Assembly (NCBI GenBank): GCA_030704615.1
Contig: CM060731.1
Span: 55,986,001 to 56,050,000, forward strand
Direction of reading: 5' to 3'
From: Takakia lepidozioides
Taxonomy: Eukaryota > Plantae > Bryophyta
Length of the DNA stretch: 64,000 nucleotides
Position 1 is the first letter of the stretch, and each line of letters begins with the position of its first letter. A program made the position numbers and the translations under genes. Below are positions 1 to 11,989 of the stretch, piece by piece. A model generated the notes under the pieces. The model was not told the DNA's origin. It saw only the letters and a program-made list of their open reading frames with translations, and ran no database searches.

Positions 1-340
1 AAACATGCACAGGGCTGCACCTTTAATGAAGTTCATTACGAATCGTATTCACTTCCATCTTCAAGCTTTGGAGAAGCTCCACCACCCACACCAGAATTAG
101 GAAATCCTTCCACTATTACAAGATTCAGTCAAATTACCCCCTTTCACTCATTACCTGCTCCAGTCAAGTGCAACTATGAGCTGACTTCCAATCTATGCTG
201 GGTAGACGGTGGAAAAGCCACAAGAATGCCCTAAACAATACATTATGGTCAATATTCTCAGGAAGTGGTGGATGAACTGAGTACCTACACAGATCAATGA
301 ATGAAGGAAGATACTCGCACTTTTCCAGAAAAACATCGTT

Positions 341-3300
341 TCACCAGTAATCCCCACAAGAACAAACCCCATCTTCAAAGTGGTGAAAGCGGTTCGCATC
401 CCGTACAATAATTGCTCGGCCAACAATCTTTGAGATGAATTTGGTGGAGGTGTGGCAGTCACCACACACCCGAAGATTCTTGATGATACGGAGAGGTGTC
501 CTAGGGGGCGTACTGATCAGCCCAAAACCAATGGCCAGCTTCTCACTGTGGTGGCAAAGAGAAAATTCCTTTTGTTCCTCCCCTACATCATGCAATACGA
601 AGCGCGTATCAGGCACATACCCTGCCTCCTCCATCTGCCCAGACAATCTTCTCAGCTCAGCATGGACTTCCTTCATTTTGGGATGCAATTTGTCATCTAC
701 AACAAAGGTGTGGACCCTGTTGCCAACCTCAATGCAGCAGCGACCTGGCTCCTTTCTAACCCCTCTGACCTTCATCATTTTTCTCACCTTTGCACTATCG
801 TCCCACCTGCCAGCTGCAGCATAGATGTTTGATAGCAACACATAAGTTGCAGCATCTTGTTCATCCCACTTGAGAATAGATGTTGCCGCGCGTTCAGCCA
901 TCCCCACATTGCCATGGATTCTGCAGGCACCAAGCAAGGCCTTCCAAACCAAAGCATCTGGTTTCATTGGCATTTTATTAATGAGGTCCTCTGCCTCATC
1001 CAATCGCCCCGCACGTCCAAGAAGGTCCACCATGCAGCCAAAGTGCTGTACTGTTGGAGTGACCCCATGATCTTGACTCAGGGAATAAAAGTAGCATCTT
1101 CCTTCATCCAGTAGGCCAACGTTGCTGCATGCAGAGAGAACACATATAAAGGCGATACTGTCCGGCTTCAAGCCCTCCTTTTGCATTCCTTCAAATTGTT
1201 GCAGGGCCTCCCTGTAACAACCATGCTGGGCATATCCTGCAATCATGGCGCTCCACGACACCACATCTCGTTCGGCCATATTGTCGAACACTCCCTTTGC
1301 ATCCTTGATGCACCCACATTTGGCATACATGTCCACAAGGGTGTTGTTCAGAATGACATCTGGTACAATTCCAGCTTTGATGATGTCACCATGAACCTCT
1401 TTGCCCTTTTCCAGGGCTGCCAGGCTTGCACACGCATTGCAAATGCTAACAAACGTGATGTGGTTGGGCTTCACCCCTTCCCGCAGCATTTGCTCATAGG
1501 TCTCCAAAGCCTCCATCCCACGCCCCTGCTGTGCATATCCTGCAATCATCGCATTCCATGAGACCACATCTTGTTCGGCCATGTTGTCAAACACTCCCTT
1601 TGCATCCTCGATGCACCCACATTTGGCATACATGTCCACCAGGGTATTGTTCAGAATGACATCTGGGACAATTCCAGCTTTGATGATGTCATCATGGACC
1701 TCTTTGCCCATTTCCAGGGCTGCCAGGCTCGCACACGCATTGCAAATGCAAATAAACGTGATGTGGTCGGGCTTCACCTCTTCCCGCATCATTTGCTCAT
1801 ATGTCTCCAAAGCCTCCATCCCACGCCCCTGCTGTGAATATCCTGCAATCATCGCATTCCATGAGACCACATCTTGTTCGGCCATGTTGTCAAACACTCC
1901 CTTTGCATCCTCGATGCACCCACATTTGGCATACATGTCCACAAGGGTATTGTTCAGAATGACATCTGGTACAATTCCAGCTTTGATGATGTCACCATGG
2001 ACCTCTTTGCCCTTTTCCAGGGCTGCCAGGCTCGCACAAGCATTGCAAACGCAAACAAAGGTTATGTGGTCAGGCTTCACCCCTTCCCACATCATTTGCT
2101 CATAGGTCTCCAAAGCCTCCATCCCACGCCCCTGTTGTGCATATCCTGCGATCATTGTGCTCCACGACACCACATTTCGTTCAGCCATATTGTCGAACAC
2201 TCCCTTTGCATCCTCGATGCTCCCACACTTGGCATACATGTTCGTCAAAGCAGTGTTCAGAATGACATCTGGTACAATTCCAGTTTTGATGATGTCATCA
2301 TGGACCTCTTTGCCCTTTTCCAGGGCTGCCAGGCTCGTACACGCATTGCAAACACAAACAAACGTGACGTGGTTGGGCTTCACCCCTTCCTGCATCATTT
2401 GCTCATAGGTCTCCAAAGCCTCCATCCCACGCCCCTGCTGTGCATATCCGGAAATCATCGTGGTCCAGGACACCACATCTCGTTCAGCCATAGTGTTGAA
2501 CACTCCCTTGGCATCGTCAATGCTCCCACATTTTGCATACATGTTCATCAGAGCAGTGTTCAGAACAACATCTGGTACAATTCCAGCTTTGACGATGTCA
2601 TCATGGACCTCTTTACCCTTTTCCAGGGCTGCCAGGCTCACACACGCATTGCAAACGGAAATAAATGTGACGCGGTTGGGCTTCACCCCTGCCTGCATCA
2701 TTTGCTCATAGGTCTCCAAAGCCTCCACTCCGCGCCCCTGCTGTGCATATCCTGCGATCATAGCGCTCCATGACACCACATTTCGTTCAGACATATTCTC
2801 AAACACTCCCTTTGCATCCTCGATGCACCCACATTTGGCATACATGTCCACGAGGGTATTGTTCAGAATGACATGTGGTACAATTCCAGCTTTGACGATG
2901 TCACCATGGACCTCTTTGCCCTTTTCCAGGGCTGCCAGGCTTGCACACGCATTGCAAACGCAAACAAATGTGGTGTGGTTAGGCTTCAACCCGTCCCGCA
3001 TCATTTGCTCATAGGTCTCCAAAGCATTCATACCACACCCATGCTTGGTAAATCCTGCCATCATTATATTCCACGTGATCAAACATCGTTGAGGCATTCT
3101 GTTGAACACTTGGTGAGCATTCACGATGCTCCCGCACTTAACATACATGTTGATGAGGGTGTTGAGTAGAAAAACGTTTGGCTTGAACCCACATTGGATA
3201 ATGTGAGCGTGCACCTGCTTTCCAGCTTCCAGGCCTTTCATCTTGATGCATTTCCGCAAGAGACAGACATAAGTATCTGAATCTGCCGAAATGCCTCCTT

Positions 3301-3424
3301 GTTTTAAAGTCTGTAGAGCCTCTTTCAGTCGCCCAGCCTCACAGAGCATCCTCACATTCCCAGAAGTGCCAAAGGAGGCATTGTGGACTACCTTTCTTGG
3401 TCCTCTTTCGGAAGCTGTGGTCAT
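341..3424 (-). CDS. PLS-class pentatricopeptide-repeat protein with E1-E2-DYW cytidine deaminase domain (organellar C-to-U RNA editing factor)
   Basis: Uninterrupted ORF, open to 3574, with the first ATG at 3424. It has 23 PPR motifs: L-S, six P-L-S triplets, then P2-L2-S2, followed by E1, E2, a PG box (EPGRCCIEV), HSEKLA, CGDCH and C-terminal CSCGDYW. The true start codon and targeting peptide are uncertain. Confidence 0.95.
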   Translation of the reverse strand: MTTASERGPRKVVHNASFGTSGNVRMLCEAGRLKEALQTLKQGGISADSDTYVCLLRKCIKMKGLEAGKQVHAHIIQCGFKPNVFLLNTLINMYVKCGSIVNAHQVFNRMPQRCLITWNIMMAGFTKHGCGMNALETYEQMMRDGLKPNHTTFVCVCNACASLAALEKGKEVHGDIVKAGIVPHVILNNTLVDMYAKCGCIEDAKGVFENMSERNVVSWSAMIAGYAQQGRGVEALETYEQMMQAGVKPNRVTFISVCNACVSLAALEKGKEVHDDIVKAGIVPDVVLNTALMNMYAKCGSIDDAKGVFNTMAERDVVSWTTMISGYAQQGRGMEALETYEQMMQEGVKPNHVTFVCVCNACTSLAALEKGKEVHDDIIKTGIVPDVILNTALTNMYAKCGSIEDAKGVFDNMAERNVVSWSTMIAGYAQQGRGMEALETYEQMMWEGVKPDHITFVCVCNACASLAALEKGKEVHGDIIKAGIVPDVILNNTLVDMYAKCGCIEDAKGVFDNMAEQDVVSWNAMIAGYSQQGRGMEALETYEQMMREEVKPDHITFICICNACASLAALEMGKEVHDDIIKAGIVPDVILNNTLVDMYAKCGCIEDAKGVFDNMAEQDVVSWNAMIAGYAQQGRGMEALETYEQMLREGVKPNHITFVSICNACASLAALEKGKEVHGDIIKAGIVPDVILNNTLVDMYAKCGCIKDAKGVFDNMAERDVVSWSAMIAGYAQHGCYREALQQFEGMQKEGLKPDSIAFICVLSACSNVGLLDEGRCYFYSLSQDHGVTPTVQHFGCMVDLLGRAGRLDEAEDLINKMPMKPDALVWKALLGACRIHGNVGMAERAATSILKWDEQDAATYVLLSNIYAAAGRWDDSAKVRKMMKVRGVRKEPGRCCIEVGNRVHTFVVDDKLHPKMKEVHAELRRLSGQMEEAGYVPDTRFVLHDVGEEQKEFSLCHHSEKLAIGFGLISTPPRTPLRIIKNLRVCGDCHTSTKFISKIVGRAIIVRDANRFHHFEDGVCSCGDYW
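1240..3060 (-). repeat. Six near-identical 303-bp tandem units, each encoding one P-L-S triplet (101 aa)
   Basis: ctcataggtctccaaagcctcc (or a close variant) recurs at ~1493, 1796, 2099, 2402, 2705 and 3008, a 303-bp period. Confidence 0.9.
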
Positions 3425-3429
3425 GGTCG

Positions 3430-5520
3430 CGGTGCCTGATTTTATCAACTGCGCTCCTGCTGCTTCCAGTTGACCATGTACCCATGCAGGTTTCTTGTAG
3501 CTATAGATCCACAGGGAATTAAAAGTGATCTTGTGCTTGAAATCCGGCCCTCTCGGATGAATCTGGACCCACACTCTATCCCTGCTCCTTCAGCTATCCC
3601 TGTGTCTGCACAAATCATGCATACATCGCCACCTTGCTGCTACGAGTTGACCATGACAGCCTAGAATTCTTCTAGCAAACACACCAACCCTACTTATCAC
3701 ACCAGTTCCTATTCTGAATTGGATCTGGTTCTCTATGTAATCTAACAGGCATTCACCTTTTTGCCTCCATTGTCCCACCATTGATGGGGTCCAGGAAAAC
3801 ATTCATTCCAAAGCTTCTCCTCATCTCTTTATCTGTTTTCAAATACTTTCCTGTTGGCACATTGGCAGTAACATGTCAAAATTACTCCAAACTACCATAG
3901 GTCCACCCAAGGAGCTACCTTGCAGACTTCAACATGATAAACCAGGGTGATAAGAGGGAAAAACAGGCATGTGTTGAAGAAGGTGCCTCCATTAGCTGTG
4001 CCTGAGTTTACCAATTGTGCCGCCGATGCTGCTGCTGCTTCAAGTTGACTATCTACCCATGCAGATTTCTTGTAGCTAGCGATCCACAGGGGAATCATAG
4101 GTTAAATTGTGCTTGAAAATCCAGTCCTTTTGGGTGAAACCACAACCTACTCATCACACACTAGTTCCTATACTGAATTGCTCCAAAGACTTCAAAATTT
4201 GCTGGGGAGAGAGAGGATGACAATTTCCAGCAAAGATTGGCATGTCATCTTGTCATCCACTTCTCTCTGCAATCTAAACAGGCATTCACCTTTTTGCCTC
4301 GATTGTCCACCATTGACTGGGGTTGAAAAAATTTCATTCCAAAGCTTCTTCTCATCTCTATTAGCTGTTTTTGGATACTTTCCTGGTGCCACATTGGCAG
4401 TACCACGTGAAAAACACTCCAAACCATCAGAGATCCACCCAATGAGCTTACTTGCCGAATTCCACATGAAAAATTTGGGATGACTCTGATAGGATGGCAA
4501 AACATGCCGAAATGTGTTGAAGAAGAAGGTGCCCTCACCACATTGTTGTTGACCTTGTGTCATGAAAGCAGCTAGCTTTTCTTTCAACCATGGAGGATTC
4601 AACCGATCATGAACCCCGAAGGTCCACTTATGCATGCTGCTTGTGTCTGTAGTCAGGTGATCTTGGATAGGTCTGTGAGGAGAACCACCACGGTGCAGCT
4701 GAGCAGCCACAGATTTAAACTTGGCCTCCTAAGACCAAGCTGACCCTCCCAAACACCTTGTAAAGACCAGGAGAAATACCAAATCATGATACTAACAGAA
4801 GAGCCCACATTTGCATGATATACAAACTTCTTCACATGATACATTAGGAAAGCCACACCTTGTGATTGCTTTTGTCCCAGCATTGAGAAGGATCTTTAAA
4901 AAACTCGTGCCAGCTCTGCTCCATGCTCTACAGTAGAACTTTGTGCCCGAAAATCCCACCGCATAAACAATTTAACAAGTTCCTTTATGGAGGAGTGCTA
5001 CTGGGCTTTCAACGACATTCAAAGCCACTTTGGGCTCCATTGGACTCTACACAATGAGGAACATACGAACATGTCCAATCTGCACAGATACTCTTTGAGG
5101 ATTCTTTTCCACGCCCAAGATTTATGCTTGTTGGCTAGGAAATAAGCTTATGTCTGTAGTCTGAGATTGTGGAGTGGTCTGTGAAAACAACCAGGGAGCA
5201 GCTCAGCAACCACAATCGCAACCCTCCCAAGTACCTTACAAACTCCAGGGAAAAGACCTTGCACATCCTACTTTCACGCCCGGCTCAAGAAGAACAGCCT
5301 CGCTAAGGACAGTAAAAGGAGTTTTAGGATTCCGACTTCGTCCATCAACGGTACAAACCAGTCCACACAATACGATCATACCAGTTCAGTCGAACTCCCT
5401 TTCTCATACTACATGAAGAAAGCTCACCTTGTCAAGGCTACTGTCCCACCATTGTGAAGTAGTATCCTTAAGGAACTCCTGCCAGCGCTATACAATGCTC
5501 CAGCGTTGACCTGCACGCCG
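3430..5520. repeat. Degenerate duplicated blocks (~520-560 bp offset) in the 5' flank of the PPR-DYW gene
   Basis: 3480-3560 resembles 4050-4130, 3740-3900 resembles 4270-4440, and 4640-4960 resembles 5150-5520. Minus-strand translations share WIxSYKKxAWVxxQLEAA. Confidence 0.6.
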
Positions 5521-6199
5521 GATTTACCAATTATCGGCCTTGCCTAACGATCCCGTGCACTTTCTTGCGTCTTTGCCCATAGTACATTCATTTCTGTTCA
5601 ATAAAAGACAATTCCGAGCCTGGATCCGACGGCGGGCATACATACAATACAGCAACCCAAAAAGAAGGAAACCGAGAAGTGTGTCGTATCGTCACCTAAT
5701 TTGAATGGCATCCCTGAAGGCGCCATAGCCACCAAATGCAAGGAAGTCCGTCTTCTGCGCATTGCCTAGGGGATGCTGCATCCAGCTCCACGGCCCAGCC
5801 CTTAAATCCGCTGCATGACGCGAAGCCTCTCGCATGACAGAAGCAGTGGGCATGCGGGTCGGAAAACGCGGGAAGACGGAGGAAGAGGCAAATAAAGTAC
5901 GTCGGCGAAAGTAAAAGAATTTGATCATCCATTACATTAACTCCATCCACGAATCCTAATGAGCAGATCATCATCCAAAACACCGGCTATCAGGTATCGA
6001 ACCCTGGACTTGGTGACGTGGATGAACGGATGGCACACTGTTATGCATCCGTCCAACTTCATACACACACCAAATGAGAAGATCATAATCCAAAATGCCA
6101 TGCAGGTAAGGTTTGATCCATGGACTTAGGCAAGTGATATATGAGGCCGGGGAGTTGAATGCTGCCTCGGCGGGCCTGCATGCGTGGCCCCACCCCCGC

Positions 6200-8033
6200 C
6201 TCTTACACCCACCTCCCCCCGGGCTCAGAGGGATTGGTTCTTGGGGCAAGCGTCTGGAGCTCTGAACAAGGTTGAGCGAGACATATGCTCTATCTAACTG
6301 CAAAGATCAGAGAGAGCCCTGTTGTTTGTCCAAGTGAAGGTGATGGGGGAGGTATGATTGGAAATTGGAACTGTTTCAGTTAAGCTGTGGGTTAGAACAC
6401 ATGAGTTCCAATGATCCATTTCCTCAACATTGGGGTTAAATGAACCAGTCCCTCTTCTGTCCTCATGTGACTCCACCATATTGAAGTCGCCCGCAATAAT
6501 CCAACTAGTGACTGAGTGTTGCTCGCTCATTTTATTGTCTAAATGTACCCAAAAATCTGCCCTCTCTAAGGATAAGTTTGGCGCGTATACATTAACTACA
6601 CCAATTTTCCCCTGATTGTTGGGAAGGGAAATAACACAGAATTCCAACCTCCCAGGCAGCCAACTCTCTTCATTGGAAACCAATTGATGGAGGGAGGGAG
6701 AGAGCAAAATTGTTGTCCCACCCCTAGTACCTATAGAGGTGGGTTTCCAAAATGATGATGCCAAGGGCCACATATGGTCATTAAGAAGAGCTAATTTGGA
6801 TTGGTCTAGCTTATGTTCCTGAAGGATAATGATAGAGTCTTCCCTCAAGAAAGGTGCAAACCAAGATTTTATTTTAATCCTCTTGCGGGATGAGGGGTCA
6901 GCCCCGAGCCCTCGAATATTCCAAGAGTGGAGGTTAAGTTTCATCAGGAAGGAAGGGGAGTTAGGCTTTGACTTATAGTCATATTTGATAGCCCTTGGTT
7001 GTGAAAGCAGAATTTAACTCTTTTGTCTTTTGGTCAGACAGAAATCACCCAAACATAGTTGAGTAGAGGCTTCCGAGATTTTTTGGAAAACTGGATAAAG
7101 ATACCTCTTAGAGAGTCTGGTTTGGAGGTCAAAGGAGAGCATTGGAACTGGTCTGATGTGACAGAGGAAATGGTGATCGTCTGAATTGAGGCATCTGTTG
7201 GGAAGAAGTCCGCTGCGAACAGTGATTCAAAAAAGGGGTATCTTCGAGAGATGGAGCCATCAGAGGGCAAGGTGCCTGAGGGGATGTGATCCGGCAGGTG
7301 AAAGGTAGGCAGCAAATGCCTTGACTGTTTCCCCGCTGGTTTTCTATTTTTCCCACACAGCAACCAGCATCTATTAGCATCCCTTAATTGCACTTGAAAT
7401 AGAAAACAGGGTGAGGGAGAGGAGAGAACCTGATTGGCTGGGGGGGTGGGGTTAGGTGGAATAACCAGTGAAGGGGAGTTCTCCAGGGCAGAGGTCTGGC
7501 TCATATCAGTTACTGTGGGAAGCGAGATTTGGAGAACGTTGACATTTGTTGCCAGCTCCTCCTTGCTGCCATCATCTGCCAATGGTTCTGAGTCCACCGG
7601 CTCCTCCGAGGAAATCGAGGGCGATTGAGGCTCGACGATGCCACTGATATAGTTCCTGGTTCTTTGGACCCCCATCCGATGATTTTCCTCCTCAATTTCT
7701 GACTCAAGAAGGGCCCCCAACATCCGGGATCCATTAATTAGGGTGTCTTGATTTCTAATTTGGAGCCTGTGAGAACCTTGTGGCGCATCCAACCATTCTT
7801 CATAAGTCCACATATCACCCAAAGGTGGGAGTGAGTTGTAGATTTCAGCCTCTTCCATAAGAGCCAAAACCTGCATTGAGGGTCTGCAGCTTAACCCTGG
7901 ATGGTCTTCCAAGTACAATACCCAAGAGATTTTTGTTTGAAGAGGCAAGGAGGTAATGAGGTAATATTGCTCGAAAGAACTCTTGAAATTTGAGTTTAAA
8001 CAACATTTCAGGATTGCTGCCAGGGGGGCACGT
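6200..8033 (-). mobile_element. L1-type LINE (copy A), distal part: end of ORF1 and the AP-endonuclease domain; truncated before RT
   Basis: ORF 6294-6944 has SWNIRGL, ILQEHK, VNVYAPN, AGDFN and FTW, followed by a frameshifted LDRAY motif. The upstream frame reads TCPPGSNPEML and joins the segment that starts at 20986. Confidence 0.8.
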
Positions 8034-8230
8034 CCTAGTTATCATTCCTGACGTGACGTGGCGCCGTCAAGTCAGCCGTCACGTCACGTCGAATCCGGAC
8101 GTTTACCCATGTAATTTTTTTAAAATTTGACTTTTACGATTAATTTCTACCCTTTGTAATGACATGGCAGCCACGGTGTAAAACAGACGTGGTCAATTAT
8201 TGATATTTATTAATTCTTTATAAAAAAAGT

Positions 8231-9020
8231 GTCCGCCTATATTGGCGGTCGCATATAATTTATAATTTTAAAAATAAAAACGACCGCCCCTATTGGCGGT
8301 CGCTTTTAATTTAATATTTTGTTAAATTAAGCGACCGCCTATATTGGCGGTCGCCGATAATTTATTTATTTATAAATGAAGCGACCGCCCATATTGGCGG
8401 TCGCTTGTATTTTATTATATTTTAAAATAAGCGACTGCCTATCGTGGCGGTCGGTTGAAGTTCATTATGTTTTAAATGAAGCGACCGCCCAGATTGGCGG
8501 TCGCTCGCACTTCATTATATTATTATTATTATATCTTTGATATATTCTATAGAAGTACAACGACCACCATGTGGCGGTCGCTATATTTTTTTTTTCAAAT
8601 TTAGCGACCGCCATCTAGTAGCGGTCGCTTGTTTTTATTTGTATTCTTAAATAAAGCGACCGTCGTTTGGCGGTCGCTTCTTCAGCAAATTTTTGAAAAA
8701 TGCAGCGACCGCCATTTGGCCGCCGTCGCTATTTTTGTTAATAAAGAATACAGTGACCGCCATTTGGAGGCGGTCATTCGATTTGATTTTGATTCTTAAA
8801 TTAAGCGACCGCCGTTTGGCGGTCGCTTACTTGATATATTTTTTTAAATAAAGCGACAGCCATTTAGTGGTGGTCGCTTATTTATATTTTGAATCTTGAA
8901 TTAAGCGACTGCCAGTAGGCGATCGTTTATTTAATATATTTAAAAAAAAAACAGCGACCGCCATGTGGTGGTCGCTCTTCTTGTTTTTATAAATATAACG
9001 ACCGCCATGCGGCGGTCGTG
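8231..9020. repeat. Left subterminal array: ~16 palindromes GCGACCGCC-N4-7-GGCGGTCGC at ~50-bp spacing with AT-rich spacers
   Basis: Directly visible, for example at 8331, 8381, 8482, 8805 and 8954. Confidence 0.9.
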
Positions 9021-9666
9021 TGTTTTTTCTTTCTTTAAAAGACAGAATCAAGGGCGAAGAGACAGAAATCCAGGGACCCGCCGCGTGACGTTTTTTTAAG
9101 AAAAAAAACAAATCATGATCGTGGCGAGGTGCCACGGGTCAGGAAAAACGAAACAAATGGGATGGGGGGAGGTGGTTTTGAACCCTTGACCTCTCCCATG
9201 TGGGTGCGCGTGGCGAGGTGTGATTGGCCAGTCGTGCCGCGCTGACACGTGGCGAGGCGCCACTGGCCTGTCGCTCCTTTTCAAGCATAATGCCATTTTT
9301 TAGGGGGGGGGCTGGTGGGCGCCTATATAAACCATTCCCCCCTCCTTTTCTGATCACTTTTGCCCTTCTCGTGGTGCGGTTCCTTGGCATCCAGTAGTCC
9401 TTTTGGACTTCATTGCTTGGCGCTGCCGACGAGAGGTGCAAAGGTGATTTATTTATTTTTGTTGGGGGGGGGGGGGCGCGGGTTTTGTCGATTTTCTATT
9501 GGTCAGTCTCACACCCTTGTTCAAGGATCAATCATCGTATCACCATTTTGCCGTTTTCGGATCTCCGGCGGCCTGTTTTTTTGCAGAAACTATGAAGACA
9601 CCATCCACACGCGTCCATTGCCGTTTTCTAAGGTTTTGGACCCTGTAGTGGGCAAAGGTTTATACA

Positions 9667-10712
9667 ATGTCGGGGGTTGTGAATTCAAGTTCTGGGGCGG
9701 GGTCGTCTGGGGGTCGGAGGACGAGAAAACGTGCCCACGAGCGGGATAGCCAGGTCAACAAGCTAGACTACCTGGGACCGGATGCCTTGGATATGGTGAA
9801 AGAAGTGGTAGTGGATTATTTCAAGGGTAGGGACATGATGAGGCTGGAGAGTGCTTATGTCAGGCATGGATGGGAGGGGTTTCATATTTTCCAGCAAAAT
9901 ATGGAGAGGAAAATGACAAACGCTTTGGCGGAGGCTAAGTGGACGGCGGATAGGGACAAGCCGAAGTCCAATCGGTGGATCCAAAGCAGGACGAAAGACG
10001 CCACGTGGAATTTGAGGCAGCTAATGAAGACATGGAAGGGTAGAGCAACCGATGGTCGAGTGCCCTCTGCCGAAGCTGAGTTAATGCGGCGTGTTGAGTA
10101 TTGGGCTTGTTCGATAAGTCAAAATTTACATCGTCGAACTAGGGTTGTCCCTTGGAAGGTGGGGTCATCGGACGGGGGAGGCACAGCTGGTCTTTATTAC
10201 GTGAACTCTACTGCGAAGGTGGTAGAGATTGGCCCTTACAAAGAAGGAGGGTATGCTAAGGTCCGTCAGTATAGGATTGTTGGCGATTCTAGAATACCGG
10301 AGTGTTGGGAGCTGCGGGAAAAAAACCCAAGTCCAAAAATCCAGAAAAGGCGTTGAGACAATATAACGACGAGTGTTTGGCAGTGAAGTTCCAGTATCCG
10401 GTTGTTATCTCATATTTTGCTGTGAATGCACGTGAGGTAGAGGGTTACACTCGCTAGTGGAATGGAGAGACAATACACGACATGATGAACCTTGACAGAA
10501 AATGGGGCAACGATTCGGACAACGTGGTGATTTTGGAACAAATGGGAACGGAAGCAGAGTTCCAGGAATGCGATCGCTTGCTTCGTTTCCGGAAAGTGCG
10601 CAGTAAACTTACATGGGCACTAGTGTGCATCATGGATGTTGTCCACAAGAACGGTGTCCTGCACAACGACTCGAATGCCCCGCCCCCCGCCCCCCCCCCC
10701 CCAAAGACATGA
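9667..10712 (+). pseudogene. Protein-kinase-like cargo gene (frameshifted and truncated)
   Basis: Gly-loop-like YKEGGYAKV. After a frameshift near 10310 come LAGK, alphaC-like NDECLAV, YPVVI, WNGETI and the catalytic-loop-like HKNGVLHND. The frame breaks at a poly-C tract and no DFG is seen. Confidence 0.55.
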
Positions 10713-11024
10713 CGTTGGAGGCCTTTGTCGTTGGGAAGATAGCGATACGAATAAATGGCGGTGCTCATTATGATGAAAGTATGTTCGAGGACCAATGTAC
10801 GGGAGGTTGTTGGCATTCAATGCTACAAAATGTTGTATGACAACAACAAGAATGAGAGATTCACATTAGCCCATGTAGTACTTCGGTTCATGGGCAAGCC
10901 ATTCAATTGGCCTGAGCCGAAAGACGTATATAGAACGGAGTAGACCATGGTCTCGTAGATATGAGATTTGTGGCGGTACAATGGTTCTTTTATAAAGACA
11001 TAACTCAATTTTGATCGTGCATGT

Positions 11025-11575
11025 AATAAATAAAATCCCATTGTAAATACTACATTGCATATGCTCGACCCTGGCACCTGTCATCGCAACATAAATGGTT
11101 TGTGTACTGGCTCACTGTTTATATTTGTAATGGTCCAAGGTTTCAGATAGGGTTATGAGAAAACGATGTATTAGTTCGTAGGAATTAGACAACAAACGTC
11201 TCACGTCTCATTCAAATGTGCAACAATACCATAAGAGACATAGATCGGAAAGTAATAGGTGCACATACGACCTCCGAAGTCCGAATGTTTGATACTATGT
11301 CCAGCGAATGGTCTACTTGAACATCCGGAGTCGCATGTACACCTATTACTTTTTTATCCATGCCACTCATGGTAGTGTCGACATTTGAATGAGATATGGA
11401 ACGTTTATTGTCTAACTCCTACGAAACCCATATATCATTTTCTCAGTACCCTGTCAGAAACATTGAAACATTCGAAAATACAAACAGTGCCACAAATACA
11501 CAGCCGGTTTTGTTGAAATGACATTTGTGAGGTTCGAGCGTATGCAATTTATTATTTACACGGAACTTTATTTAC
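11025..11575. repeat. Long imperfect inverted repeat (foldback) with ~260-bp arms and a ~30-nt loop
   Basis: ttcgtaggaattagacaacaaacgt (11176) pairs with acgtttattgtctaactcctacgaa (11401). aaagtaataggtgcacatacgac (11249) pairs with gtcgcatgtacacctattacttt (11330). tgtaaatactacattgcatatgctcga pairs with tcgagcgtatgcaatttattatttaca. Confidence 0.85.
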
Positions 11576-11989
11576 TCGGGGGACCGGTACTGCTGCTGGA
11601 GCATAACTGATGATGCGAGTTCTCTATTGATTAGAGCTGTCACGACCAATGTCAATATTCATATTTACGGTAAGGTGTTTCATGTTATTGTTGTTCCTCT
11701 AGCTGAATTCTGTAGTACTTTTTTTGTTATTCTCATGCCAACGTCCTCTGGAACATTCTGGAAAGACTTAAAAAACCAAATGACCATCAAAACTGGAAGC
11801 TGTGGATGAGGCTTATAAAAGTGGAGATGGTCATTTGCTTATTTAAGGATTTCTGCACGTGTGGATCTGTTCCAGGTGGAAAACATCAACATTTTGGATA
11901 AAGTGGACATGGAGAAGCACCGCATTACGAGGTAGGAGAGACTACAAAAAAAACTTCAAAGGGCATACCATGTAACAGGTCCTAGTATA

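Noticed and set aside
341-760. Possible U-to-C (DYW:KP-type) editing factor
   Set aside because: The domain has a PG box, HSE and a DYW terminus, so it is the canonical C-to-U type.
435-3473. Many plus-strand ORFs (for example 1874-2773, 299 aa)
   Set aside because: These are antisense shadows of the repetitive PPR coding sequence.
8231-9020. CRISPR-like repeat-spacer appearance (also 20255-20860)
   Set aside because: The repeats are degenerate, the spacers are low-complexity AT tracts, there are no cas genes, and the context is eukaryotic. The arrays sit symmetrically at the ends of a TSD-flanked element.
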